Source: Raillietiella orientalis | Taxonomy: Eukaryota | Reading direction: 5' to 3' | Length of the DNA stretch: 64,000 nt | Assembly (NCBI GenBank): GCA_036172245.1 | Contig: JAYWIR010000012.1 | Location: forward strand, 744,001-808,000 | In this document: positions 1 through 10,234 of the stretch, one piece after another | Layout of the letters: each line of letters opens with the position of its first letter | Numbering within the stretch: the stretch's first letter is position 1 | Made by a program: the position numbers and the translations under genes | The notes under the pieces: generated by a model | The model's database searches: none | Told to the model about the DNA's origin: nothing | What the model saw: the letters and a program-made list of their open reading frames with translations, nothing else

Positions 1-244
1 AGCCAAGCGCAATTTTGTACAACCAGAGTCGTACACATTACCAGCAGGAACGATGGATGAGTGGAACAAGAGAGATGTTGCATTAGAGCGAAGGCAAGAA
101 GTTGAGCTGACAGTGAGGGATTGAGCTCTTCAGGCGCAGCATCCAGGCGGAAGCGACAAGCACTCGTACAACATGTGAATACACTCGCTTTACCAAAATT
201 TACAACTCGCTTCGTATCGAAAGATACACGAACCGGTTCGTGTT

Positions 245-1052
245 CAGTGTAATTCTTCAGGATAGGGGGCACCCCGGGATGAGGGGGTTCGCCCTATGAA
301 TCCAGGAAAGGCTCGGAGTCCGTTCCTCTCACGCTTGGGGAGCGATCTCCCCTGGACGAAGGGGATCGCACCTCCCACCCTGGTTGTCTCCGAAGGGGAA
401 CCCCGATGGGAACCTCCTTCCTCATTCTCTCCGGAGGGACGTTCCCTGGGAGGGGGGTGGTCCTCTCCATTTCAACTTCTCCGAAGGGAACCCGGAAAGG
501 ATCCGCTTGTAGGAATTTCTTCTCCGGAGGGAACCTGCAAGGAAACCGCTCCTGTTCACTCCTCTGAAGAGAACCCCGAAAGGACGCTTCCGAAACTCAG
601 AAGGGGTTCTGCAGCTTCCCGCAGGGAATCGCTCCCGCTTGCTCCCTTGCACTCTGTGAAGAGGCAACGACTCGGAGGGTCCCCCGAAACAGGGGGGTCC
701 TCTCCTTTGAATAACTGGAGAGGTTCCCGTGAGGGCCCTTGCTCCATCTTGAAACCGGAAGGGTCTCCCGGTGAGGGGGGTCCTCTCTCCGTTGTACGAC
801 CGGAGGGGGAACTCCCCACTCCTTTATTCGTGGGAAGACCCGGAGGTCAATTTCCCATTGTTCCGTCCTTCATCGGGGACCTCCGGCTTAATCCACCGCC
901 GGTGCCACGCCCGAATGTCTCGGCCAGCCAGCGCCATTGCAGGAGAAACTCGGAACTCGACGACGCAGTGGCGTCAGAGTTTCTGCCGGAGTATTCGAAC
1001 CTGCGACGCATGGTGTCACGCGCGGAAGCCTTAACCACAAGGCCTCCGGTTC
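245..1052 (-). mobile_element. ~0.8 kb GC-rich SINE-like insertion with a tRNA-derived head and an internal degenerate repeat array
   Basis: Absent from the paralogous block at ~20350-20450. Flanked by the 12-bp direct repeat CCGGTTCGTGTT (233-244, 1046-1057). The minus-strand 5' end has an A-box-like AGGCCTTGTGG (1045-1035), a D-stem GCCT/AGGC and a B-box-like GGTTCGAATAC (1001-991). Confidence 0.55.
986..1050 (-). ncRNA. tRNA-like (Pol III A/B box) sequence; not a canonical tRNA
   Basis: ccggagGCCTtgtggttaAGGCttccgcgcgtgacaccatgcgtcgcaGGTTCGAATactccgg. D-arm and T-loop are recognisable and the A-B spacing is ~33 nt, but the T-stem and anticodon arm are degenerate. Confidence 0.5.
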
Positions 1053-2959
1053 GTGTTTTGGGAGAAGGGGATGTCAACCACCTCAGTTACCTTCAGATAC
1101 CCATTCTCCTCATAAAGATTGTGGCCTCGACACGCCAGCCGTTCTGAGGAGCCGACTATAAGCGGAGATGGGTGATAAAAGGAGCACACGCCACAAACTT
1201 TCCACGAAAACATCCCTTGAACGATGCGCAACTAAAAATGGAATTCAATGCTGTGTCTTGCGGCTTCTTCAAAGAAAAAGTCAGTGTGGATCACGAAGAT
1301 TTCCCCTTAAAAACTTAATCTCGACTCTGCCGCTGCTCCTTGAGCTCTTTCTGGAAAGAGAACCGGATGAGTACTTTGGACATGAACATTCGAATTGTAG
1401 GCTCCAGCGGCAGCTCTTTCCAGACTGAATGGGCTACGAACGGAAAGTCTTCCCACAGATTCAACTTCGACTTGGAATGGTTCGCAGGACAATGGACTTC
1501 GGTTACAAGGAAGGGTCGAATTTCTTGCGCTTGAACTCGGTCCTCAAATTGTTCGTGGATGCTCGAGGAAACGCGTGTTGAGGAATGAAATCGTTAGAAC
1601 GGCTACCCAGCAAAGTGCACTGTTCAGACGCGCTAAGGAGGAGATCATGCTGATCAGCTGTCGCAGGGAGGGGGAGAAGGGGAACACGACATTTAGGTAT
1701 GGCGTTTCCCATCTCATTCCCTGTGGGGATGTCATGACTTCACCAGCAACAAGAAAAGCTCTTCATGAACGGCAGTCGAGCTCATCAGCAATAGAATGAC
1801 GATGAAAAGTATTCCTGCTCTATCTGCGGAAAAGAATCAAGAGGGAGCTGCAACCAACATGAAGATTTTCTAATGATGAGATGGTGTTTCGAGATCGTAT
1901 CGATGAATGCAGCTAGCGGTTGCCCAGCATCTCACTGGTATCCCAGCACCGCACAGAAGGTATCAGCTTTCTCAACACTAGAGATCCGTTCATGGAGCAA
2001 TGCATGCTATTTTGGACGCAGTAGACGCTGTGATTATCCACCGAGTTCGATTACAGAGCTATTCGAAGGACGGTTTCGATGTGCGTCCACTTTCTCAAGC
2101 ATAGTATCTGTAAGAGTCAGCTGCTAAGATTTACAGACGGAAATGCTCGTTTTGCCATTCTGATTGAGAGTCCTGGAAACGGGGTGCAGTCCTCTGGTTA
2201 GCTTGAGACCTGTGTGAAGCTTGGACTTAGTCTTGATCAGCCCATGAGTGGGTGAAAGATGGAACGCTTATTGTAATCATCATTTGTTGTTCTTCAAGAA
2301 CTTCCCGCTGATCGCATCCATCTTTAAGCGCAATGAAGTCGGTACGTTGCAACCGTGCTGAAGTGTATTGAGTTCTCCAATTACTCACTGCATTTCATCG
2401 CCATCAACTGTTTGCCATCTCACTTCGCTTTCCTTTCGAGGCTCTCTGGCTCCTCCGTCGCTTGCTGAGAGCAGAGAGAAGAAGCCTTGCATCCATATTT
2501 ACCTGAGACGAATCCACAACTTGGAGGTTGGACGATAAGAGTCCCCGGAGGCGGTGATCGTCTTGGATCTGCTAAGCGGATGGTCGAGCAGTCTTCACAG
2601 GATGCGGAATGTTTTCAAGGTGATCACAGATGAACGTGCAAGGTTGCCACGAGATGGCGGACCGGATGTGAACTGAAGTCGAGAACGTTCGCCGTTTTCT
2701 CATCTTTTTTGCAGGTGGTGATGGCAATGAGAACTCACGACTCGAAAGCCACGTGCTTCAGGTGCTTTCATGTCATTTAGGCAATTCCGTATTCTGATGA
2801 TGGATTGATCTCCAGCGTTGTTATGAACAACTTTGAATTACATTCTTGTGCAAGTGTGAAACTATGTGCGTAGTATAAATACATAGCCCTTCAAAATTGA
2901 GCGTGCAGTTGTGTTTTCTTTCTGGTTGGAATTAAGAACTACTTGCTCAAATGGATAGA

Positions 2960-4600
2960 AAAGACCTGCGCAGGGAAGAAAGAGTCAAAGGGTACACACA
3001 AAAAATAAAGAAATATTAAACAAAAAATACTTACATGTTAGGGAAAGAAAATAAGGAAGGAAACTCTAGCACTTTCCCCGCCTGTCTTTATCCCGCCTGA
3101 GGTCGCACTTTTCCTGGTCCAGATCTAGAGACTTGCAGTGAATGGGACGGTCCAGTGAACCAGTCGCTATGCCGAGTGTTGCCGGAGCGCCTTCTGATGC
3201 CTCAAGGCGGTGCTTGAAAACGATCCGTGGGCTGCTAACCAGCCGCGGCTCGAAAGGCCGAGGAGAAACCTCTTCGCAACGGTCTGAGTGCAACGCAACG
3301 CACCAGCAGTTGCTGAGATGCTACGGCAGGTCGTCACCAGGCACGCTTCAGCGGAACCTTTGCCTTCGTTTCGTAATACGACGAGCACGCGCTTTTTGTT
3401 CTCTTGTTCGGCGTTGAACTGGTCACGTTGGCTCGTTGCCGTGCTCGCTGGCTGTGTTTCTCCTTCAGCGCTGCTGTAAAGGAAAGGTGTATCTGCGGTT
3501 CGGAAAATCAAAGAATTCCCAGAAAAGTAGCACTCTCAAGAGGAAATGTGAGGGAAGAGTTCTTTACCATGGCCGTCTTCACACGTGGAGACGTGAGCAG
3601 GAGCCGGAGAAATATCGACTCACCAAAGAGCGAATGATACGCAGGAAGGTGGAGGCAGCATGAGCACCCGCTGCCCAGGTGCACGCCGGATCCCGGGCCA
3701 TGTAGGTGCCACTTAGATGGCCCAGGGACTCCTGGAGATGCTACAGCACAATGTTTGGCCGACATGGACTTTTGCCAGTGGTGCGTTTTACAGCAGGAGA
3801 GCCGCGCGAAGGGAACGTTCGTAAGGGTGAGCATGAGGAACTTTTGGTGTTCTTCGTGAGATGAGCCCTGGAGAACTCAAGACGTTTCCGGAGGCTGCCC
3901 AAACCATCCATATGCTTCGAGGGAAGACGGTCTTTTTGCTCTAAGAGGGACATCGAGTTGCAAAGTTCAGCGTATTTCATAGTTGCACTATGAAATACGC
4001 TGAAAAGCCGCATTCGCTCTGGAGATTCGAGAGACGATACTGCAAGATACCGGACGTTTTCTTAGAGTATCAGGGATAGGAAGTCGATCTTCCGGGATCT
4101 ATCCAAGAATCAAAGAGGCGGTTCCTTTTTGGTTTCGTTTCAGGTTATGAGAAACCAAAATGGGGGGAGCCGTTCGCTTACGGAGTGTTTGTGGGCACAC
4201 GGTGCGACGATGTCTCGTTTGCTGAAAAGTCCAAGGTTTGAGATCATCCGCGGGACGTTGGAAACGAAATTCCAGGATGGTGACGTTCAGTGCGTGTTCC
4301 CGAAATGGATGAGCCCAGTTCTTTTCCCGCTCGGGGAATGCAAGTGACACGCATGCGAAAGCCGTCTCGAGTCGACCACCTGGAGAATGAAGGCCATGAG
4401 CGTGAGGATGCGAAAGTGGCCTGTTTAGCCACCGGAACGGCCGTTCAGGAGGGGGAGGCAGGCATTGGAGACGCGATGCGACAGCAGGTGCTCAGCAGGG
4501 AAACAGTTTGAAGAGAGGGAAGTCCGGCGCACTGGTGGGTGACGAAGGGGCGCGGATGCGTGGGATGAGGATGGAGGGATGAGATGCGAGCCGTGCCGTG
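2960..4600 (-). mobile_element. Highly decayed L1/Tx1-like ORF2 3' half (diverged subfamily)
   Basis: RMRVTCIPRAGKELG resembles RLKDLCAPRRDGGLG, and CCKTHHWQK resembles CNARRHHWT. T-rich 3'UTR-like tract at ~2990-3060 on the minus strand. Confidence 0.5.
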
Positions 4601-4642
4601 TAGCTCTCGATCGCGCTCACGTGCTGGAAGGGCGCCTTCTGG

Positions 4643-6247
4643 TTTTATACCCGGGTGCGCCGGGGCGTTTATTTTTTTTTATAAAAACAAACAAGCAAGT
4701 GTAGATCTATTGCCCCTACAGCGTCCTAGAAAATGTTCTAGTAAAGAGTTTGAAATTGCCGAGTAGCAAGCACGCAGGCTGGCGAGTTCGACTCGGCAGC
4801 GGGGGGGAAAAGGACAAATAAAAACAAAAAGAAAACACTATTTACAAAAGCAGGGAGGAGTTGGGGAAGGGATCACGTTCCGCTGGGGTGGTCCTCTACA
4901 TCCTTTCCAGGATGCCGGCAAGTTCGGTCCGCATATGCCCCAAATGGGACCATCTGGCTGCCGTCCTTAGGAAAGCAGGGCGGAGCAGATGATGTCCCTG
5001 TCGCTCAGTCCACCAGTGGCGGTGCTACAGGCCGCCACAATCTCTCGTAGGCAGCAGAGGGCTGCAAGGGCTGCGGCAGGCCGAAGGGCGTCACGCACAA
5101 AGAGGCGCGTCAGAACGTCTCTAGGGTTGATCGTGGGTGCTCCTAGGGCCGTTGCGAAACGCAACCACAGAGGCCGGAGGGCAACACAGTCAGGAAGCAG
5201 GTGCGGGAGGGTTTCCCGTTCCCCGCACCTGACACAATTTGGGTCCACAACCCCCCTCGTCCAGTGCGAACGGCGGGCGTTGCTGGGGAGTCCCCAGTGC
5301 AACACCAGGAACGCCGACTCCTGCCACTTCAGGAAGAGGGCCCGGGTAGTCTTCAGCACCGAGGGCCACTCGAGTACATTCATGGGGATGCTTAGCAGCT
5401 CGCCCCGGCGCAATAGTCCCTTTGGTGGGCACTTGGGGTCGCAGCGTCTGTCAACTGGCCCGTGGTCCAACCACCTTGCTCTCTCTCTCTTCCAGAGATA
5501 CTGCACCGGACTTCCCATTTCGCCGGCTGGCTACTGCCCAGGTGCTCCCTGAGGTGGAACAGAGCCGTGGCAAGGGAGGTCCGCCCAGTGTCAGCCCATG
5601 CGCTCAAGGTGGGCTGCACGATGATGTCCTGCAGCGAGCGGCTCTTGTGATAGGAGCGCAGCATTCGCTGCCGCAACTCCGGGCTCGCTTCCTCGATCTG
5701 GGCCCACGTGCGAAGGCTTTCCTGCAACTAGGAAGTACCGTTCGCGGGCCGTCAGGAGATCCAGGTGTTCGTTCTGGTCAGCTTCGCCACTCGCCGAAGT
5801 GCCAGTTCGCAGTGGAACAGGTACCGGCGTTTGCGGCGCGCTAGGAAGGTAGACAGTCCCGCGCAGCCGCTAGCTCGCTGAACCAGGCGTCGTGCATGCT
5901 CGCACCAGCTGGTGCTCCATAGCTTCGCTACTAGAGCTAGAGTCCTGAACTGCAGCTGCAGTTCCAGCCGCTCCAGCGTGAGGAGGCCGAGGCCTCCATC
6001 GCGACGAGGGGCACATAAGTCCTTCAAACGGACTCGGGGCCACCCTCTGCCCCAAAGGGCGATTCTCAGGAGGTCCTTCGTCCGTTTTCTGACACCGCAG
6101 GGTGGAGGGCAAACAAAAAGCAAGGGGCGAAAAAGGGGGACCACAAACGTGTTCCACATCACGGCCCGTTCCGGCAAGAAAAACTTGCCATCCAGGAACG
6201 GGCCGATTGCTCTCTCGGCCTTTTGGAGGCAGCTAGACCACGCTTCC
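4643..6247 (-). mobile_element. L1/Tx1-like non-LTR retrotransposon, 3' half (RT thumb to CCHC and 3'UTR), disrupted
   Basis: ORFs 5752-6351, 5392-5727 and 4967-5518 give EAWSSCLQK...DLCAPRRDGGLGLLTL...CVRCGERETLPHLLPDC. Contains an internal stop and a frameshift. 3' terminal AATAAA-hairpin at 4643-4673. Confidence 0.9.
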
Positions 6248-6249
6248 GT

Positions 6250-8523
6250 CACGCACGGAGCTCTTCGTCGACGCATGGAGGCTTTTCGCGAAGCATGGAG
6301 GCGAACCTGTTCCACGCTAGAGCTCCAACACGAAAGGGGCTTGATGCTCACCGGGAATTCCGGTGAGTCCGTTAGCCATGCGACGGATGGTCGGATGGGG
6401 AAGGGAGCACTTGCGGTCGCTGTCGACTTGCGTAAAGCATTCGACAGCGTCGACCAAAATCTCCTGCTGGAGCTTTTGGAACGCTTAGGCTTCCCGGCCT
6501 CATTATTGGCCTATCTGCGCTCCAGCTGGCGCGATTCGCTAATCAATCTTACTTTCAGCGGGCAGACTGTTCACGGCGTGCCGGTGCGACGTGGGATACG
6601 GCAGGGAGACAGCCTGAGCCCCTTGCTGTTCAGTACCTACTTCGACAGGGAAACTCTGGCGCACCTGCCGCACGAATGCGCCGGAACGCCTGCGGTTTCA
6701 GCATATGCGGACGACCTTCTGCTACTGCTCCCTATGTCCACCCCGGCTTCGGCGGTCGAGAAGTTCTTCGACCTGCTGAATCGAGGAACCGGACTTACGG
6801 TGAACAGGGCGAAGTCGTCCGTGATGCCAGTTGGTGCAGCGTGGGCAGGGCAGCAGGGCTGGGTCCGTTTGGGGATCCCCAAGGTGAGGTACTTCAAGTA
6901 CCTTGGTGTGCCGTTGGGGGACTACTTCCCTGCAGAAGCTTGGTCCGGCTGCCTCCAAAAAGTAGAGACGGCTATCGGCCCGTTCCGAGGCGGCAGGTTT
7001 TTCCTGCCTGAACGGGCCGCGGTTTGGAACATGATCGCGGCTCCTCTCCTCCGTTCCCTGCTTTTTGTTTGCCCCCCCACAGAGAGAATTAAAAAGCGGA
7101 CAAAGGACCTCCTCCGTATCGCCCTTTGGGGCAACGGGAGGGCCCGAGTCCGCTTGAAGGACTTGTGCGCTCCGCGTCGGGACGGTGGTCTCGGCCTCCT
7201 GACATTGGAGCGGCTGGAGCTGCAGCTCCAGTTCCGGATTTTGGCACTTGTGCCGGAGTTGTGGTGCACCTGTTGGTGCGTCCCTGCACGTCTACTCCTT
7301 CAGCAAGCCACCGGCAAGACGGGACTTACGTCGTTTCTTGCACTCCATCGAAGCCGCATCAACCGATGTGGGCTTCAGCTACGGAGGGTGGCTGCGCTGG
7401 CAAGGAAAAATCAAGGATGGATCACCTGTCTCCCCGCGAACGGTAGTGCCTGGTTGCAGGAAACCGTTCGCACGTGGGGACAGTTCGGCATGCAACCCTC
7501 CCATCAGGAACGAAGGTTCCTGTTTGGGTGTTACAGAAGTTGCACGCTCCGTGAGATCCTGGAGGATCCTAAGAAGAGAGCGTGGTCAGGAAGAACCCCC
7601 CTCGCTGCTGCGCTGGACTCCCTAGTAGAACATCAGGACAGCGATGTTGCGGCGAAGTGGGAGGTTACAATAAAAATCTCCGGGAAGGAGAAGAAGCAGA
7701 GAGAGTGGAAGACGGGCCAGCTAACTGATGCTGCGACCCCGAGTACGCCTCCTAATGGACTTCTGCGCTGGGGCGCGCTGCTGGATGTTCCGATTGAACA
7801 TCTGAAGTGGCCCCCGATTCTTATGAACACTTCCATCCTCCCCCTAAAATGGCAAGGGTCGGCATTCCTGTTGCAGCACTGGGGACTCCCCTGCAACGCC
7901 CGTCGACACCACTGGACCTGGGGAGCGGTGGATCCCAATTGTGTAAGGTGCGGGGAACGGGAGTCCCTCCCCCACCTCCTAGTGGATTGTGTTGCCCTTC
8001 GGCCACTTTGGTTCCGCTTTGCCGCGGCCATCGGTATCCCTTGCAGCAACCCCAGGGACGCACTAAAAGCCTTCTTCGTTGCCGACGCCCTTCGGCCAGC
8101 GTCCTCGATAGCAGCCTTGTGCTGCCTTCGTGGGATCGTCGCCGCCTGGAGCACGGCGACGGGAGGACCTAGCGATCAGGAAGCCATCCAGTGCGCCTCC
8201 GAATTCCTGAGGAGGGCGTCGCGATGGCCCCACCTGGATGTTCACAACAAACAAGAGCTTGCCAGCATCCTGAGAGAGATGATGCGGCCCCAGCAGCAAC
8301 AGTGATCCCTTCCCGTTCCCTCCCACCCTTTGTTTTTTTTTGTTAAGTTTTTTTGTTTTTCCCCTTTCCCCTGCTGCCTTGGTGGACCGTACCGGTCTAG
8401 AAACCGGTGAATTGGCAGGCGCCGCGGTTCTTAGCTTCTGGCTGGAGCATTGCCACAGCCATTAATAATTTGCTTACAAAGTTTATTTTTTTAATAAACG
8501 ACTCGGAGAATTCCGGGTGGAAA
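6250..8523 (+). mobile_element. 5'-truncated L1/Tx1-like retrotransposon lying antisense inside the minus-strand element
   Basis: Open RT and C-terminus: AVDLRKAFDSVD, GIRQGDSLSPLLF, AYADDL, YFKYLGVPL, CVRCGERESLPHLLVDC. Stop at 8305, T-rich 3'UTR, AATAAA-hairpin end at 8493-8523. Confidence 0.92.
6398..8305 (+). CDS. ORF2 fragment (reverse transcriptase core, thumb and C-terminal CCHC zinc finger), open frame
   Basis: Sense portion of ORF 5912-8305, with canonical non-LTR RT motifs DxxKAFD, QGDxLSP, YADD and KYLG. Confidence 0.85.
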   Translation, partial: GKGALAVAVDLRKAFDSVDQNLLLELLERLGFPASLLAYLRSSWRDSLINLTFSGQTVHGVPVRRGIRQGDSLSPLLFSTYFDRETLAHLPHECAGTPAVSAYADDLLLLLPMSTPASAVEKFFDLLNRGTGLTVNRAKSSVMPVGAAWAGQQGWVRLGIPKVRYFKYLGVPLGDYFPAEAWSGCLQKVETAIGPFRGGRFFLPERAAVWNMIAAPLLRSLLFVCPPTERIKKRTKDLLRIALWGNGRARVRLKDLCAPRRDGGLGLLTLERLELQLQFRILALVPELWCTCWCVPARLLLQQATGKTGLTSFLALHRSRINRCGLQLRRVAALARKNQGWITCLPANGSAWLQETVRTWGQFGMQPSHQERRFLFGCYRSCTLREILEDPKKRAWSGRTPLAAALDSLVEHQDSDVAAKWEVTIKISGKEKKQREWKTGQLTDAATPSTPPNGLLRWGALLDVPIEHLKWPPILMNTSILPLKWQGSAFLLQHWGLPCNARRHHWTWGAVDPNCVRCGERESLPHLLVDCVALRPLWFRFAAAIGIPCSNPRDALKAFFVADALRPASSIAALCCLRGIVAAWSTATGGPSDQEAIQCASEFLRRASRWPHLDVHNKQELASILREMMRPQQQQ

Positions 8524-10234
8524 TCGAATGCTTTTCGCAGATCGACTGCGACCGCGAGGGCCCCCTCGCGCTCCCGACCATCTCGCGAACCACCAGCGGA
8601 CGTCCCGCAACTCGGGGTGCCGACCGTATTCTTTTCATCTACTCTATACCGCTGGAACTCGAACCAGGTGTTCGCGAAGAGCAGGTTGGCGTCCATGCTT
8701 CGCCCGGGAACAGCGTATGTCTGTTCCGGGCTGATGAAGCTTTCCGCCATCCGCCCCATTCGTTCCGACCATAGCTTCGCAAACAGCTTGGCGTCCGCGT
8801 TTGAAACGGTGATCGGACGCCAATTGCTGAGGTTCCGTAAGTCTCCTTCCTTCGGGAGAAGACGCATCCGTGCCGATCGGAAGGAGGCGGGAACGTCGCC
8901 TGCCTCCCGGATCAGCAGCGTTAACCGCTGCACCAGGGGGGCAAGCTCCGCCGCGAAGCATTGAAAAAACTCCGCGGGCAGGCCGCCCTCCCCCGGTGAC
9001 TTCCGCCTTTTGAGCTTCCCGATTGCGGTGATGATTTCACCCATCGTGAAAGGCTCATCCAGGCGTGCTCTCTCTTCCTCCCCGATCGCCGGGGCGCCAT
9101 CCGGAAGCAAAAGCCGGGAAAAATCCCGGTCCGGAGGCACCCTGGTGTACAGGGAGAAATAATAACCGCGCACTAGGCTGCTCACCTCTGCCGGGGCCGA
9201 GTGCTCCTGGCCTTCGTCGTCCAGCAGGTTGGGCGACCCGGATTGCCAGGCCTGCCTCTTGGCCCCAGCTTTAAATTGCGCCAGTCTTCGGGCGTCGGGT
9301 GTTCGGGTGTAACGACGGGCCTGCAGGTAAGCCCTCTCGTTCCGAATACCTCCACCAAATCCTTTCGGGAGACGGTCCATGGGGAACTGCTGGCAGAACT
9401 CTCGGACCGAGACTTTCAAATCGTCCCAGTCGTCGAGCGTCTGCAGGCTGAAACCTCGCAAGAACTCTCGGAGGTGTTCCGCTGCGCCTGGCTTCGTCAG
9501 CCCGTCCCCCGGTAGACGCCACGCCTGCGAGGGGGCCCCCTGTCGCGCGAGCGAGTGACGAATTCCACACGGGAGTGATCGGAGACGGCGGACTGTATCT
9601 TACCTCTCCTGCCCACGCGACAGCGCAGGTGATCGTCGAGGAAGACGTGGTCCACGCTCCGCTCCATCCCGGCGTCCCCGGCCAACAAGTTGGATGCGTG
9701 CACCGTGGCGCACATCTCGTTAACCGGGGTGGCCTCTGTCCTCGCCGCACCTGATAGCAGGCGAATATTAAAATCGCCGGCTATCAGGTGCGCCGCGCGC
9801 GCGCCTGCCTCCGACAGCCAGTCGCGCTGGAACGCACGGAAGAATGCCGTCCGTGCCACGCGCGCGTGACCGCCGCTCGGCACGTACACGTTCGTGACGA
9901 CGAGATCGATCGAGCCGGACCACCTGAAGGTGATTTGCCCGACCCGACCTGTCTCATTGAAACGAACTTTCCTCACCGAACGTTGTAAGGCAGGCTTCAG
10001 AAGGAAAGCGACCCCGCTCGTACGGCGGTGGCCGCATCGCCACATTAGCTGACCACCTGCTATCCTCTCGATCTCCCGCGCATGTTCTGCGGAGATCTCG
10101 TGGATCTCCTGCAGCAGCACAAGGTCGAAGGCTTGTAAGGTGGCAGCTATGTCTCGTCTCCTGCCGTCATCGCAAAGCCCGTTGACGTTCCAACTGGCGA
10201 TGCGGATTTGACGGCAGGTGGCGAGTCCCGGCAT
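8524..10234 (-). pseudogene. ORF2 5' half: APE endonuclease and RT N-terminal domains; one frameshift (~9535); truncated at DLRKAFD
   Basis: APE motifs IASWNVNGL, LVLLQEIH, VTNVYVP, IAGDFN, VDHVF and SDH. RT motifs KSPGEGGLPAEFF, LLPKEGD...NWRPIT and EQTYAVPGRS. Confidence 0.92.

Larger units (their letters stand above)
1..2880 (-). repeat. Partial third copy of the segmental duplication block (paralogous to ~20140-22200 and, inverted, to ~52500-54650)
   Basis: Collinear diverged matches to the 20-22 kb block: 'gagtcgtacaca...cgatggatgag' (~26-60) vs 'gagtcgtgcaca...cgatggaagag' (~20165-20200); 'atccatatttacct' at ~2490 and ~21837; 'ttgcaggtggtgatggcaatgagaac' (~2709) vs 'ctgcaggtggtaatacctatgagaac' (~22043). 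Interrupted by an insertion at ~245-1045. Confidence 0.8.

Noticed and set aside
387..790. CRISPR-like repeat-spacer array
   Set aside because: The repeats are short and degenerate with irregular spacing, there are no cas genes, and the context is eukaryotic.
835..890. Hammerhead ribozyme in the SINE-like element (minus CCGATGA...GAAA)
   Set aside because: The core has CCGAUGA rather than CUGANGA, and there is no convincing stem II.
986..1050. Functional tRNA gene
   Set aside because: The T-stem does not pair and the anticodon arm is non-canonical. Treated as a tRNA-derived head only.
296..1147. 283-aa Pro/Ser/Gly-rich ORF as a gene
   Set aside because: It lies in a GC-rich repetitive insertion, crosses the insertion boundary and has no recognisable domain.
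5912..6290. The 797-aa ORF as a novel RT fusion protein
   Set aside because: Its first ~115 codons are simply the antisense reading of the neighbouring minus-strand L1 thumb region, with a GTG start. It is a junction artefact.
6347..6367. Hairpin CTCACCGG-gaatt-CCGGTGAG resembling the 3' terminal motif
   Set aside because: It lies in the variable loop within RT coding sequence and lacks the preceding AATAAA. It may be chance, so it was not counted as an element end.
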